DNA of 64,000 nt from Abditibacterium sp. (GTDB lineage Bacteria > Armatimonadota > Abditibacteriia > Abditibacteriales > Abditibacteriaceae), in NCBI GenBank assembly GCA_965246885.1, contig OZ251992.1, positions 2,592,001-2,656,000 of the forward strand. The letters run 5' to 3'. A program made the position numbers and the translations under genes. Positions 1-12,022 of this stretch are shown piece by piece (position 1 is the stretch's first letter; each line of letters starts with the position of its first letter). Under the pieces are notes generated by a model, which saw nothing but the letters and a program-made list of their open reading frames with translations, was not told the DNA's origin and did no database searches.

Positions 1-258
1 TTTTGTCTGTGGATCATTACCTTCCCATTCTATTTGTCCAGAAGATCAACCGTGTTACGCCAGCGGCAGGCGGAGCAAACGATCAGAACGCTCTACCTTG
101 CACACTCGAACACTCCACCTCTTCCACCCGTTGTCCCTGCTCTTCCTTCGCAACCCAGTGTTCCCGATGAACTTAGACATTTGAAACAACTTGTCGACGA
201 GGGGGTTATCACCGAACAGGAGTTTGAATTGAAGAAGAAGCAGCTACTTGGTCTGTAG
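1..258 (+). CDS. SHOCT-domain membrane protein, 5' partial
   Basis: Frame is open from base 1 (FCLWIITFPFYLSRR...); C-terminus DELRHLKQLVDEGVITEQEFELKKKQLL is a typical SHOCT motif. Confidence 0.75.
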   Translation, partial: FCLWIITFPFYLSRRSTVLRQRQAEQTIRTLYLAHSNTPPLPPVVPALPSQPSVPDELRHLKQLVDEGVITEQEFELKKKQLLGL

Positions 259-345
259 ATCAACTAATCGGCGCAGAGCATCTTGCCGCCTCTTCTTGCG
301 CGCGCCCCACCAAAACCCCGGAACCCCCAACATCCGCGCCTCGTA

Positions 346-2251
<1,906 letters not shown>

Positions 2252-2254
2252 AGG

Positions 2255-2779
2255 ATGGCCACCTTCCTGACGCAATCGCTCGTCTACGCCCTTGCGGGAT
2301 TAGCGATTGCGTCAGTGGGTGGATTTACTATCCACACTCTCGTGATTCGCTGGCCAGACAAAGCCCACGACTTCTTCTACTACTTTGCGTTGGTTTTAGC
2401 AGGATGCTTTGGGTTGTTTCTGTGGGCGAGCGTCTCGTTCTCATTGCCATCACTCGCCGCCCTACTTGCTGTCTGCGCGACGGGGGCTTTGGCAGACCGA
2501 GCAGCCGAACAAAAGAGGATTACTTGGACGGAAGCATTTTTCAGGCTCATCCTATCAACGACAGCTTCAATCCTGCTCCTGTCTATAGTTTCGCCCTTGA
2601 CTTTCGCGCTGGTTGTCAGTCGTATTGGACGACCAAGCGCAAGTGTGTTTTATTCCGGCCTTGTAATTGGAGTCGTTTGCTCCCCGACCGTTTTAGCCGT
2701 CTTTCGTTGGATGTTCAGCACGCTCCAACTCCGCCCCGGCATTGATCGACATTTGAACGAGGACGACGAAGCGGCGTAG
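2255..2779 (+). CDS. Hypothetical multi-pass membrane protein
   Basis: 174 aa with several hydrophobic segments; starts 3 bp after the dnaK stop; visibly more AT-rich than flanks. Confidence 0.65.
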   Translation: MATFLTQSLVYALAGLAIASVGGFTIHTLVIRWPDKAHDFFYYFALVLAGCFGLFLWASVSFSLPSLAALLAVCATGALADRAAEQKRITWTEAFFRLILSTTASILLLSIVSPLTFALVVSRIGRPSASVFYSGLVIGVVCSPTVLAVFRWMFSTLQLRPGIDRHLNEDDEAA

Positions 2780-2805
2780 AGGGCGCCGCGCCGGAGTTGA
2801 TTATC

Positions 2806-3834
2806 ATGGCCAAGGATTTTTATTCCGTTTTGGGGATTGCGCGCGACGCGGACGAGAAGGCGATTAAAAGTGCCTATCGGAAGCTGGCGCGCAAATATCA
2901 CCCGGACGTGAACCCGAACAACCCGGATGCCGAAGCGAAATTCAAGGAGATTAGCTCGGCGCACGAGGTTCTCGCCGACCCCGAAAAGCGCAAGCTCTAC
3001 GATCAGTTCGGCGAGAACTTCGACAAAATCCCTCCCGGCTACGCGCAACATGGCCCGCAAGGGGGCGGCTTTGGCGGGCAAAGTTATAGTGGCGCGGGCG
3101 TGCCGGGCGGGTTTAACCTCGAAGACATCATCGCGCAAGCGCAACGCGGCGGCGGGGGAGCGCGCGTCAATGTCGGCGGCAATCAAGCGGGCGGGGCGGG
3201 CGGAATCGGCAGTTTGTTTGGCGAAATGCTCGGCGGCTTTGGCGGAGGGCGAGCGCGCGGCCCGCAAAAGGGCGGCGACATTGAACACCCGCTCGACATC
3301 TCCTTCGCCGAAGCGGTTAGGGGCACGCAAAAGCGCGTTCACTTGCGAATCCAAAGCGGCGATGGCCGCGAGGAGATGCGCGACGTAACGGTGAAAATCC
3401 CGGCCTTGATTGCCAACGGCGCGACGGTGAAAGTCGCCGGACGCGGCGCATCGAGCGCGACGGGCGGGCCAAACGGCGATCTGTTTTTGCGCGTCGGCGT
3501 GGCGACCGACCCTTTTTGGAAGCGCGACGGCCTCGATATTCGGGTCGAAATCCCCGTCGCTTTTCACGAAGCCGCGCTCGGCGCGACCATCGCCGTCCCG
3601 ACCATCGGCGGCGAGGTCAACCTGCGCGTCCCGCCCGGAACGCAAAGCGGCCAAACATTCCGTCTGACGGGGCGCGGCCTGAAGAACGACAAGACCGGGC
3701 AAAGCGGCGACCAATACGTCAGCGTCAAAGTCGCCGTCCCGAAGGGTTTATCCGCGGGCGAGGAAGAGTTAGTGCGCGAGTTGGCGACCGGGCGCACCGA
3801 GGATGTTCGCGCAGGGTTGCCCAAGGGAATTTAG
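2806..3834 (+). CDS. dnaJ: DnaJ-class co-chaperone, class II (no zinc finger; CbpA/DnaJ2-like)
   Basis: J-domain with HPD, Gly/Phe-rich linker and DnaJ C-terminal domain; no CxxCxGxG repeats. Confidence 0.93.
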   Translation: MAKDFYSVLGIARDADEKAIKSAYRKLARKYHPDVNPNNPDAEAKFKEISSAHEVLADPEKRKLYDQFGENFDKIPPGYAQHGPQGGGFGGQSYSGAGVPGGFNLEDIIAQAQRGGGGARVNVGGNQAGGAGGIGSLFGEMLGGFGGGRARGPQKGGDIEHPLDISFAEAVRGTQKRVHLRIQSGDGREEMRDVTVKIPALIANGATVKVAGRGASSATGGPNGDLFLRVGVATDPFWKRDGLDIRVEIPVAFHEAALGATIAVPTIGGEVNLRVPPGTQSGQTFRLTGRGLKNDKTGQSGDQYVSVKVAVPKGLSAGEEELVRELATGRTEDVRAGLPKGI

Positions 3835-3848
3835 GGCTTACGCCGACT

Positions 3849-4037
3849 GGTTAGGTGAACCGTTCCCCCGGTCGGGGAAATTGTTCGACCGGTTAGGAGA
3901 ACGATTTCCCCGGCTATGGGAACGACTGACATAGCCGTGCCGACGATTCCCTCGGTTAGGGGAACGATTGACACAGCCCGGTGAACGGTTCACACAGCCG
4001 GGGGAACGACATAATTAACCGGGGGAATCGCTTACCC
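3849..4037. repeat. Degenerate tandem array A, 9 x 21 bp
   Basis: Units such as GGTTAGGAGAACGATTTCCCC, GGTTAGGGGAACGATTGACAC and AGCCGGGGGAACGACATAATT at exact 21-bp spacing between dnaJ and hspR. Confidence 0.85.
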
Positions 4038-4105
4038 GACCGAGTGGCTGAAAGAATTATCAATGCTACGTTTTTGGACGTAGGCTAACGAAGAGGTGAA
4101 ACACT

Positions 4106-4417
4106 ATGTCAACCAACTCCAACGGCGGCTCTCGCAAAGTCACGATGTATCATATCTCGGTCGTCGCGCAGATGGTCGAAACCCACCCCCAGACGCTAAG
4201 GATGTATGAAAAGATGGGTCTCATCTCGCCCCAGCGCACCGGAAACAATATCCGCTTGTTCTCCGATGAGGATGTCGAGTTAGTGCGCCGCATCCAACAC
4301 CTGACACAGGACTTGGGCGTTAACTTGGCGGGCGTCGAGGTGGTTTTCAAACTCCTCGAAGAGATGGAACGCATGCGCGGCGAGATAGAGCAACTACAAA
4401 CGAAGAACCAAGCATAG
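4106..4417 (+). CDS. hspR: MerR-family heat-shock repressor HspR
   Basis: YHISVVAQMVETHPQTLRMYE...LTQDLGVNLAGV HspR signature; downstream of dnaK-dnaJ. Confidence 0.88.
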   Translation: MSTNSNGGSRKVTMYHISVVAQMVETHPQTLRMYEKMGLISPQRTGNNIRLFSDEDVELVRRIQHLTQDLGVNLAGVEVVFKLLEEMERMRGEIEQLQTKNQA

Positions 4418-4445
4418 GAGCGAGCCGACATGTTCGTCCTTTTGT

Positions 4446-5336
4446 TTAAGAATAGGTCGCCGGGTCGCGCAGCCACATTTTGTGGCGCACAGTCCGCACA
4501 TAGTGGCGCAACACTATCGCGCCGGATACAGCCAGATCGGAACGGACGTGCCTGTCCTCAATGGTCAGAAGAAAGCGGTCGCTCGGCAATGGGTGGGCGC
4601 CGTTGAAGTGCATGACGTTATGAACAATTGTCTGCTCGGAAAAATGCTGTGGTGCCCCTTGGAACGAGTGCAGCGGCTCTAAGGCTTCTTCCCATTCCCA
4701 CCCGCACCCAAACAAGCAGAAACCACTATTAACGGGCGCGAGAACCGAAGCCTCGCTTCCGCCTTGGGACGTAAGGAGGCGCGCATCCAGAGACGGGACG
4801 CAATCGCGCAAAAACCATGACTTTCCCGCAAAGCCGCCAAGCGGCGACACATCTGGCGCCGCGAAATACAGCACGTCCGAATCGGTGTAGATCGCTGGCT
4901 CCACCCCGCCGGAGATGGCCACCAGCAGCTGTAACTTGCGGGCAAGGTAAAATCCCGCCATCTTTTCTTCCACGAGTGCGGCCACCCAAGGCGGCACATC
5001 CAACTCCTCCAGTTCGCGGCACTCGACGCAGGGATGGTGGGCGGTCAGGTGGTCTTTGTGCGTTGCCGTTAGCGTCCCATCCGACACGACCACGAACTTT
5101 TGCGGTGCGCCGACGCCCCGTAGAAACGAGCGCATTGAGACGATCTGCTCTAAAACATTTTGTGCGCCGCAATACGAGTAAACCCTCGCTTCCAAATCGC
5201 GCGGTGCGTCGGGGCGGTTGGCCACGACTTTATCGAGACGGCGCGCAAAATCGCGTTGCACCCGACGCGCGCGCGTCCGCAGAATGCGGCGCGTTAACAC
5301 CCACAGACGGCGTTGCAAATAGGAAGGGGAAGTCAT
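4446..5336 (-). CDS. Putative GT-A fold glycosyltransferase-like protein
   Basis: VVVSDG, YTDSDVLYF (DxD), VNSG and SEQT motifs. Confidence 0.55.
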   Translation of the reverse strand: MTSPSYLQRRLWVLTRRILRTRARRVQRDFARRLDKVVANRPDAPRDLEARVYSYCGAQNVLEQIVSMRSFLRGVGAPQKFVVVSDGTLTATHKDHLTAHHPCVECRELEELDVPPWVAALVEEKMAGFYLARKLQLLVAISGGVEPAIYTDSDVLYFAAPDVSPLGGFAGKSWFLRDCVPSLDARLLTSQGGSEASVLAPVNSGFCLFGCGWEWEEALEPLHSFQGAPQHFSEQTIVHNVMHFNGAHPLPSDRFLLTIEDRHVRSDLAVSGAIVLRHYVRTVRHKMWLRDPATYS

Positions 5337-5365
5337 AAATGGGGAAGCCTTTTATAACACAGCCT

Positions 5366-6301
5366 TTAGACCCTCCCCACTTCCCGCCGCTCCCCGCCAT
5401 TCTCCAAGCGCCGAAACACCCATAGCGCACCGCACGACACCCAGAACGTCGTCAGGAAGTAGCGCGCAAAGGCGAGCGGCAGGAACAGGTGCGACGCTTT
5501 GCCCAACCCGAAGTAAAATAGCGCGACGCCTGCAAAACCGAACGCCGCGCGCAACGGGGAACGGTGAACCGGCACATCGCGCGGCGCGAGGAGCAACCCC
5601 ACGAGCAAGCCCAACAACGCCGCGCTGCGCCCGACGAGCGAACGGACGCCGCCTTCCAACCCCTGCGCATACACGCCCGACGCGGCGGAAGCGTGCCCCA
5701 ACGCCAATGACCCAAGCGCCCATAAAACTCCTACAAAAACCGCGCTGAGCAGCAGTTGCACTCCCACCGGACGCGCGCGAAACGAGGTCTCCCACGCGGT
5801 ACCGAACCGCTCGAACATAAAGAGCAACGTCGTTCCGATGAGCGCCCCGCCCACGACATCGAGGGGCCAATGAACTCCTAATACCAGCCGAGAGAGGGCA
5901 ATAAACGTCGCCAATACGAGCGCCAGTGGAAGCCATTTTTTCGGGTTGCCCGACCGCAGCGCCAGAAACGGCCACACCAAAAAGGCGCCTTGCGAGTGCC
6001 CTGAGGGGAAGCCGAACGTCGGCTCAAGCGCGAAGTGTGAGAGTGGCGTGAGGCGCGGGTCTACCCAATACGGGCGCGGCAGATGGACGGCAAACTTCGC
6101 CAAGTCGTTCACGAAGACGGAGATCAGCACCAGAACGCCCAACTGCGCGCCGATTCGTCGGTCATAAAACCAGAAAACGAGCGGCAACAGCAGTAAATAG
6201 AACGGCTCGCTTCCCAATGCCGAAAAGATTAGTGCGAGCGGTTGCAACGCCTCAATGTGTAGGGCGCGCATCAAGCCAAGCGTGGACGTCAATAATTCCA
6301 T
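5366..6301 (-). CDS. PAP2-family membrane phosphatase
   Basis: KxxxxxxRP, FPSGH and SRLVLGVHWPLDV motifs; many TM segments. Confidence 0.92.
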   Translation of the reverse strand: MELLTSTLGLMRALHIEALQPLALIFSALGSEPFYLLLLPLVFWFYDRRIGAQLGVLVLISVFVNDLAKFAVHLPRPYWVDPRLTPLSHFALEPTFGFPSGHSQGAFLVWPFLALRSGNPKKWLPLALVLATFIALSRLVLGVHWPLDVVGGALIGTTLLFMFERFGTAWETSFRARPVGVQLLLSAVFVGVLWALGSLALGHASAASGVYAQGLEGGVRSLVGRSAALLGLLVGLLLAPRDVPVHRSPLRAAFGFAGVALFYFGLGKASHLFLPLAFARYFLTTFWVSCGALWVFRRLENGGERREVGRV

Positions 6302-6363
6302 GCGCCAAAGATTAGCAGATGCGCCGCAATTGGCCCGCTTCTCGCGCGTCGGGTTCGTTACTT

Positions 6364-7101
6364 ATGATGTCTCAACGGCCCATGCCCGAACCCGCCACGC
6401 CCGCCGACCCGTCTCAGCGCGTGCCCCGCCAGTGGGTGTCATTCTTCTTTTACCAACTCGACGACATCTTCCGCTCCCTCCCCGAAGCCGAGCAAGAGCG
6501 CGCCAAGAGCGAGTTCGCGGCGGTGGTGCATGGGTTCCAAGAGGGCGGCACCATCGTCGTGCCCTATTCGACCGTTGGACTTCGCTCTGGCTGCGACTTC
6601 TTCTTGTGGCGCATTGACTACAAGCTGGAGCGCCTCCAAGAGTTGCAAGTCGCCCTCAACAAGACCACGTTGGGCAAGCACTTAAAAGCCGTGCAGTCGT
6701 TCCTGTCCATGTCGAAGCGTTCGACCTACATAGACAAGATTGACCCCTCGCACGACGAGACCCGCACCCGCATCAAGCCCGGACGCGGCAAGTTCATCTT
6801 CGTTTATCCGTTCGTGAAATCCCGCGAGTGGTATCTGCTCCACCCTCAAACGCGGCAGGGCATCATGGACGAACACATCTGGGTCGGCAACAAATATCCG
6901 ACAGTCAAGCTCAACACCACCTACTCCTTCGGTGTGGACGACCAAGACTTCGTCGTCGCCTTCGAGGGCGACTACCCCGAAGACTTCGTGGAACTCGTCC
7001 AAGAACTGCGCGAGACGGATTCCAGCAAATACACCGTTCGCGACACGCCGTTCTACACCGGCATCAAGGGAACGTTAGAAGAAGTGTTGGGCACACTGTA
7101 A
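6364..7101 (+). CDS. hemQ: Chlorite dismutase family / coproheme decarboxylase (HemQ/ChdC)
   Basis: VYPFVKSREWYLL, IMDEH and YSFGVDDQDFVVAFE motifs; start codon uncertain (6364/6367/6382). Confidence 0.85.
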   Translation: MMSQRPMPEPATPADPSQRVPRQWVSFFFYQLDDIFRSLPEAEQERAKSEFAAVVHGFQEGGTIVVPYSTVGLRSGCDFFLWRIDYKLERLQELQVALNKTTLGKHLKAVQSFLSMSKRSTYIDKIDPSHDETRTRIKPGRGKFIFVYPFVKSREWYLLHPQTRQGIMDEHIWVGNKYPTVKLNTTYSFGVDDQDFVVAFEGDYPEDFVELVQELRETDSSKYTVRDTPFYTGIKGTLEEVLGTL

Positions 7102-7106
7102 AGATG

Positions 7107-7132
7107 AAAGCGCGGGAAAGTCCGCGCTTTTC
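7107..7132 (+). terminator. Rho-independent terminator after hemQ
   Basis: AAAGCGCGG-GAAAGT-CCGCGCTTT hairpin ending in a T run. Confidence 0.6.
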
Positions 7133-7149
7133 GCTTTGGAAAAATCCAT

Positions 7150-7389
7150 ATGGAACGATTCATCCGAGCCACCAACGGCTTTCTACTCGGTGCGTTTTTC
7201 GGGTTGGCGTCTTGTTTTTTCTTTGGAGCAGTGTTCCCCTTCAGCAGCCTACCACTTCAAGAGTGGATATTAGCGCAACAAACCCACAGAGATGCTTGGG
7301 GGGCGAGCCGCGTGATTTTTCTCTTGTTCGTTCTTATTGGCGGAGCAATAGGCTTTACCGTCGCGCTCCTACCGCGTCGCAAAAAATGA
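7150..7389 (+). CDS. Small two-TM hypothetical protein
   Basis: 79 aa, two hydrophobic helices and a basic tail; stop overlaps the next ATG (TGATG). Confidence 0.55.
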   Translation: MERFIRATNGFLLGAFFGLASCFFFGAVFPFSSLPLQEWILAQQTHRDAWGASRVIFLLFVLIGGAIGFTVALLPRRKK

Positions 7390-8015
7390 TGCGCGTCCTT
7401 TTCCACTCCCAACCTTCGCACGCGGGCCGCGAGAATCAGGATGCCGTTGAGATTCGGCGCATCGGGAGCGCGCGTTTGGTCGCTCTCGCCGATGGTCAAG
7501 GCGGGCGAGCGGGCGGCGCGAAGGCGGCGCGCGTTGCGGTTGGAACGGCGCTTGATCTTCTGGAAAGCGCGCCCGACCCGTTCGGTGCCGACACGTTACG
7601 ATTGGCCATTTCGGTCGCTGATGAAGCGGTCGAGGCCGACGAGGAGGCCGGATTTTCCACGCTCATTGTGGTTGTCGGCGAAAAGAGTAAAGTCGCGGGC
7701 GCGTCGGCAGGTGACTCGCTGGTGCTACACATCACGGATCAAGAGTGCACGGAACCGACAGAGCGACAGCGCAAAAATCCGCCGGTTGGGTCGGGCGGGT
7801 GTGTGGGCACTCCGTTCCAATGTGCGCCGCGAGCGGGCGAGCAACTCTTATTAATGAGCGACGGGGTATTTCGTTGGGTCGGCATCGAAGCAATAGCGGC
7901 TACGTGCCGCGATGCGGCTGACGCGGAAGTGTTGCCGCGCCTGCTCTCCCTTCACAAGCGGAGCGAGAACGGCGACTTGCCCGATGATTGGAGCGCAATC
8001 CTCCTGCGCTTCTAA
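7389..8015 (+). CDS. PP2C-like protein phosphatase
   Basis: GRENQDA, ALADGQGG, AGDS, LMSDG and DD motifs. Confidence 0.85.
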   Translation: MRVLFHSQPSHAGRENQDAVEIRRIGSARLVALADGQGGRAGGAKAARVAVGTALDLLESAPDPFGADTLRLAISVADEAVEADEEAGFSTLIVVVGEKSKVAGASAGDSLVLHITDQECTEPTERQRKNPPVGSGGCVGTPFQCAPRAGEQLLLMSDGVFRWVGIEAIAATCRDAADAEVLPRLLSLHKRSENGDLPDDWSAILLRF

Positions 8016-8154
8016 GTTAAGCGACGAGTTTCCTATGACCGAAGACCCGCGTTGGCATGGAAGTCGAGGAAGCCTTGCAAGAAGTGGGGGCGACGCCTTA
8101 GAAACGCTCAAGAGTGGCTGCGTTACAATATAAACTGCAAGAAGGAATCAATCC

Positions 8155-8814
8155 ATGAAAAACCGTTTTTCTTTCGTCTTTGCCCTGATTGTCTCCGCGC
8201 TGTTGGCGCCTTTGGCGCACGCGCAATGGGATTATGGGCAGAATTCGATAGACAACATCATCGAGAGCCGCATAGACAAGCGCAAAACCCTTGACAGAAT
8301 TAGGAAGCAGCGCGGTGCGGGAAGCAAGCGGAAAGGCACCTCCCGCACGCGAGGGACAAAGGCCAGAAGTAAGAGCCATTCTTCCCGCAGGCAAGCAACA
8401 GTTCCGCGCAAACAATTGGTCGCTCTTTCCAGCCCACCCACACCTTCGGTTGTGGAGTTCCACCGCGACACTTTTCAGACCTTCCACATCTACGAAGACG
8501 GCTATGACGTGAACTTCACGTTCACCTCTACAACCGGAAAAGTGCTTCGTAGATCGTATAAGTACAGCTTCGCCAACTGCAACACCGAGTTTGGCGACAT
8601 CCCCGCCGGTAACTACCGCGTCACCGCCCAGTGTGTCTACAAGGGAAGAAGTTATCCCGTGCTTGTAGGAAGCGAAGAGGGCAGTACAACCGATCCCAAA
8701 GCCGGGAACTTTGCGCCTTCGATGATGATGAAGGTCGCGCCGCAGAAGGATTCCAACGGTACCCTTCGTCTCCTCACCGTCCCCGATTCACTGTATGTCC
8801 GCGTTGTCGAGTAA
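8155..8814 (+). CDS. Hypothetical secreted protein
   Basis: Signal peptide ending AHA; basic linker followed by a beta-rich domain; AAGGA RBS. Confidence 0.7.
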   Translation: MKNRFSFVFALIVSALLAPLAHAQWDYGQNSIDNIIESRIDKRKTLDRIRKQRGAGSKRKGTSRTRGTKARSKSHSSRRQATVPRKQLVALSSPPTPSVVEFHRDTFQTFHIYEDGYDVNFTFTSTTGKVLRRSYKYSFANCNTEFGDIPAGNYRVTAQCVYKGRSYPVLVGSEEGSTTDPKAGNFAPSMMMKVAPQKDSNGTLRLLTVPDSLYVRVVE

Positions 8815-8886
8815 GGGACGAGAGGCCGCCATCGAAACCGAGACTGCCGCTCTTATCTGCGCCCCATAACTATGTGCTTGAGTCAC

Positions 8887-9780
8887 TCAGCGTTGTAGCT
8901 CCTCGACAAAAGCATCTAAAGCGGAAGCGGGCGCACCTGTCGCTAAGAAGCGCGCACCTGCGCGCTTCCAAAATCTACCTCCCTTAACCGTTGCGGGGGC
9001 GCGATCGGCGTCTGAAGTAGGTTGCTCGAAGAGCGAGATGCGTTGCTGGCCGTTCGAGTAGCGCAGCCAAGCCGAGTTCTGGCCGACGACGGCGCTTTCA
9101 AAACTCCAACCGGGCGGGAGCGTGACAGGGGATTGGAGCCAGCGCGCCGCGTGTTTGGCGGCGTTGATGTTAGAATAAAGCGCGCCGTCCAGATGTTGGA
9201 TTTGTACTCCGGCAGGCGCCGTGAAGGTGAACTTCGAGGCTGGAACGGAGCCGAGTTTGATGTTCGAGAGGGCAAAGCCGCCATTCTTGCCGCTTATGCC
9301 GAGCAAGATTTTTGTTTGGGCGTCAACCGTGAGGGTGCGTTCACCCGCTTCGATGCGCAAAGCACGGCGCCCGGCGAACGTGGTTGGTTTCGCCCCGCCA
9401 GTCGCAGCAAAGTGGGGAACGTGCGGGCGCGAATTGGTCTGCGTCGCGCTCCGCTCGGCGCGGCGATACCAGAAAACCTTCGTCCCGTCGTCCACCAACA
9501 CATCCCCGCGCTTGCCTTCGGGCGCTACCCATTCCAGCCGCCGCTTTAGGCCCGACCGATATACGCGCGCCGTCCCGCCCGGCCCCGTCTGGGTCGCGGA
9601 ATACTGCGCTGTTTTTTCGGCGGCCTGCATCTGGGAAAGGAGCGTCGCGGCGTCCTGCGCATGAACGGGGGCTACCAATAGAAGAACGGAAAAAGGGAAG
9701 ACGGAAAGTTTGCTCTTTCCTCCTTCCCTTTCTCTACTCCAAAGCATTTTAGCGGGGGTTTGTATCATCGGTGGCCTCAT
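8887..9780 (-). CDS. MucB/RseB-like periplasmic sigma-E regulator
   Basis: LolA-like N-part (RLEW..P..KRGDVLVDDG) and LPPGWSF...YSNGQQRISLFEQP C-part; third gene of the ECF operon; start uncertain. Confidence 0.75.
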   Translation of the reverse strand: MRPPMIQTPAKMLWSREREGGKSKLSVFPFSVLLLVAPVHAQDAATLLSQMQAAEKTAQYSATQTGPGGTARVYRSGLKRRLEWVAPEGKRGDVLVDDGTKVFWYRRAERSATQTNSRPHVPHFAATGGAKPTTFAGRRALRIEAGERTLTVDAQTKILLGISGKNGGFALSNIKLGSVPASKFTFTAPAGVQIQHLDGALYSNINAAKHAARWLQSPVTLPPGWSFESAVVGQNSAWLRYSNGQQRISLFEQPTSDADRAPATVKGGRFWKRAGARFLATGAPASALDAFVEELQR

Positions 9781-10291
9781 CCGCGCCGGTTTCGACGGCG
9801 CTCACGTCGCCCGCGACGGGGGCGCTTTGAACGTAGGTCTCGTGCTGTTGCAGCGACTGTTGGATGAACTGCTGGTCGGCAGTCGTTATGTCCGCGACGG
9901 CGGTCGGCTGCGCGTTCTTGGGCGCGGCCATAAAGAAGCCGAGCGCGAGGACAAGGGCCGCGAACGCTGCGCCGAAGGAGTAGCGCACGGCGGGTTTGCT
10001 CGCTCCGGCGCGGTTCAGCAATTTGGAGATTTGGCGAAAAAAGCCGCGCTTGGGCGGCGGGCCAAGTTTGTCGCGTAGTTCGGGCCAGAACTTCTCGCTC
10101 GTCCGCATCGGCTCCGCCCCGTATTCGAGGGCGTTGAAGTCGTGGAGCGATTGCGTGGCAAAGCGCAGTTCGTCCACTAACTCGCGGTCTTCGGCGCTGC
10201 CTTGTAAATGTGACTCGACACGCACCCGCTCTTCAGGAGGAAGGGTGCCATCGAGATAATCCATGATTTGTTCGGAAGAAAGGCGGGTCAT
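9749..10291 (-). CDS. Anti-sigma factor (RseA/RsiW-like)
   Basis: IMDYLDGTLPPEERVRVESHL N-terminus and a single TM; directly downstream of the ECF sigma. Confidence 0.85.
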   Translation of the reverse strand: MTRLSSEQIMDYLDGTLPPEERVRVESHLQGSAEDRELVDELRFATQSLHDFNALEYGAEPMRTSEKFWPELRDKLGPPPKRGFFRQISKLLNRAGASKPAVRYSFGAAFAALVLALGFFMAAPKNAQPTAVADITTADQQFIQQSLQQHETYVQSAPVAGDVSAVETGADEATDDTNPR

Positions 10292-10306
10292 TTGGGTTCC
10301 TATTGT

Positions 10307-10969
10307 TTACTTCGCTCCGGTCATATAGGGTCGCAAGCGGCGGGCTAAGTCGGCGCGGGCGTGGAAGATGCGGCTTTTGACGGTGCCGAGGGGGATGTCG
10401 AGATTGGCGGCGATCTCCTCGTAGGCCATGCCTTGCAGGTCGCACATCACGAGGACTTGGCGCTGCTTTTCGGGCATGGCGGCGACAGTTTCGCGCACCA
10501 TAGCGCGCATTTCGTCGCGCTCAACGCCTTTGCCCGGTTCATAGCGGTCGTCGGCGATTTCGCGCCCGCCTTTGTCATCGCCGCTTGTGTCGAACGGCTC
10601 ATCCAAAGAATAGGCTTGCTGCGGGCGGCGTTTGCGCGCGCGGGCGTGGTCAATGCACAGGTTAGTGGCGATTTTGTAAATCCACGTCGAGAAACTGGAC
10701 TGCCCGCGAAAGCTGTCCATCGAGCGGTAGGCCTTAATGAAGGTCTCCTGCACGATGTCCTCGGCCTCGTCGCGGTCGCCGTTGGTCATGCGCGCGACGT
10801 AGCCAATCAGCTTGTTTTGGTAGCGAGCGACGAGTTTTTCAAAGCCCACGATGTCCCCATCGAGCGCCCGCTCGACCAGATACAAATCGCTTTCGAGTTC
10901 AGTTCCTGAACTCCACACGTTGGGAGTGGCCATTGACAAAGAAAGTTCCATTGCGCGACACCTGTTCAA
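10307..10969 (-). CDS. ECF RNA polymerase sigma factor (RpoE-like)
   Basis: DEAEDIVQETF, FSTWIYKIATN and YEEIA...GTVKSRIFHAR motifs. Confidence 0.95.
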   Translation of the reverse strand: MNRCRAMELSLSMATPNVWSSGTELESDLYLVERALDGDIVGFEKLVARYQNKLIGYVARMTNGDRDEAEDIVQETFIKAYRSMDSFRGQSSFSTWIYKIATNLCIDHARARKRRPQQAYSLDEPFDTSGDDKGGREIADDRYEPGKGVERDEMRAMVRETVAAMPEKQRQVLVMCDLQGMAYEEIAANLDIPLGTVKSRIFHARADLARRLRPYMTGAK

Positions 10970-11069
10970 ACTCCTCCCTCCGACGCCGCGCCGCCGAAGG
11001 TGTTCACTTTAGATGGGTGTAGTATGAAAGACGTGTGCCGTAGGTGCGGCGGACGGCAAACTGAAGAGC

Positions 11070-11375
11070 ATGAAAACCCGCATCATGTATGTCGAGTGCA
11101 AGGCTGGAGGACTCGTCGGAGCAGGGCGCATTGGGCGCGTCCGCTTCTCCAAAACGGGCCGCACGCTCTACTACGACGGCAAGACTTTCCAAAGCCTCAA
11201 AGGAAGCGGCTTCAAAGCCAACTTCTACGACGTGGAAACCGGCGAAGACTACTGGATTTCCGGCCCCCATAAAGACGGTGGCGACCGGCTGTATGGCGAG
11301 CGATTGCCAATTGTGGTGGACGACGACGTGAACGAGGAGTATTGGACGCAAATCCGGGGGCAGGCGAAGCCTTAA
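11070..11375 (+). CDS. Small conserved-looking hypothetical protein
   Basis: 101 aa, host-like codon usage; RIGRVRFSKTGRTLYY...YWISG...DRLYG motif. Confidence 0.75.
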   Translation: MKTRIMYVECKAGGLVGAGRIGRVRFSKTGRTLYYDGKTFQSLKGSGFKANFYDVETGEDYWISGPHKDGGDRLYGERLPIVVDDDVNEEYWTQIRGQAKP

Positions 11376-11983
11376 ACGGTGAAGTCCTCCTCCATCCCCG
11401 GCAAAACGCCCTGCTCGGCCAGTTCGATGTCTTCATAAATTTCGCCGAGCGGGACGGCAATCTCAAACGATTCGAGGCGCAGGGCAAGCATCAGTTCGCG
11501 GTAGACGCGGCGCACCCATTCGCCTTCCCCCGCGCGGTAGTAATGCTCGACGCGCACTTGGTCGGACGAGATGAGGATGTAGTCGGAGAGTTCGGGGATG
11601 AGCGCGTATTCATCGAACTTCCCCGTCCGGTCGAAATCGGCTGTAGCGGGCGAGAGAACTTCAAAGACGGCGCGCGGGTTGAGGAGCGCGGTCTTGTCGC
11701 GGGGATGGAAGCGATAGGGCGGGCATTTGATGAGAAAGTCGGGGTGAACCCAGTTCATCTCGCCGATTCTCACCCGTTGTTGACTGCCCGACCCGCTCCA
11801 AGGTTTGCCGCGCAAACGCACCCCGACGGCGCAAGTGAGATTCGAGAGGATGTCCGTGTGAACGAGTGCCGAATCGTCCCTTTGAACCAAGCGGCCATCC
11901 ATAAACTCATGGCGCTCAAGCGAGGCTTCCTCAAACGCCAGCAGTTCGTCAAAATCCAGAATGTGTTCGGGTTGCGCGGTCAT
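11372..11983 (-). CDS. Uma2/DUF820-family PD-(D/E)xK endonuclease-like protein
   Basis: RHEFMDG, HPD, FEVLSPATADFDRTGKFDEY and IPELSDYILIS motifs. Confidence 0.9.
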   Translation of the reverse strand: MTAQPEHILDFDELLAFEEASLERHEFMDGRLVQRDDSALVHTDILSNLTCAVGVRLRGKPWSGSGSQQRVRIGEMNWVHPDFLIKCPPYRFHPRDKTALLNPRAVFEVLSPATADFDRTGKFDEYALIPELSDYILISSDQVRVEHYYRAGEGEWVRRVYRELMLALRLESFEIAVPLGEIYEDIELAEQGVLPGMEEDFTV

Positions 11984-12022
11984 GGCGAGCGGGAGTTTAA
12001 GAAGGCGCGCACACTTTCTCTC

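Noticed and set aside
11070..11375. Enzyme name (DXP synthase) that I recall being attached to similar small proteins
   Set aside because: 101 aa with no thiamine-diphosphate-binding motif cannot be Dxs
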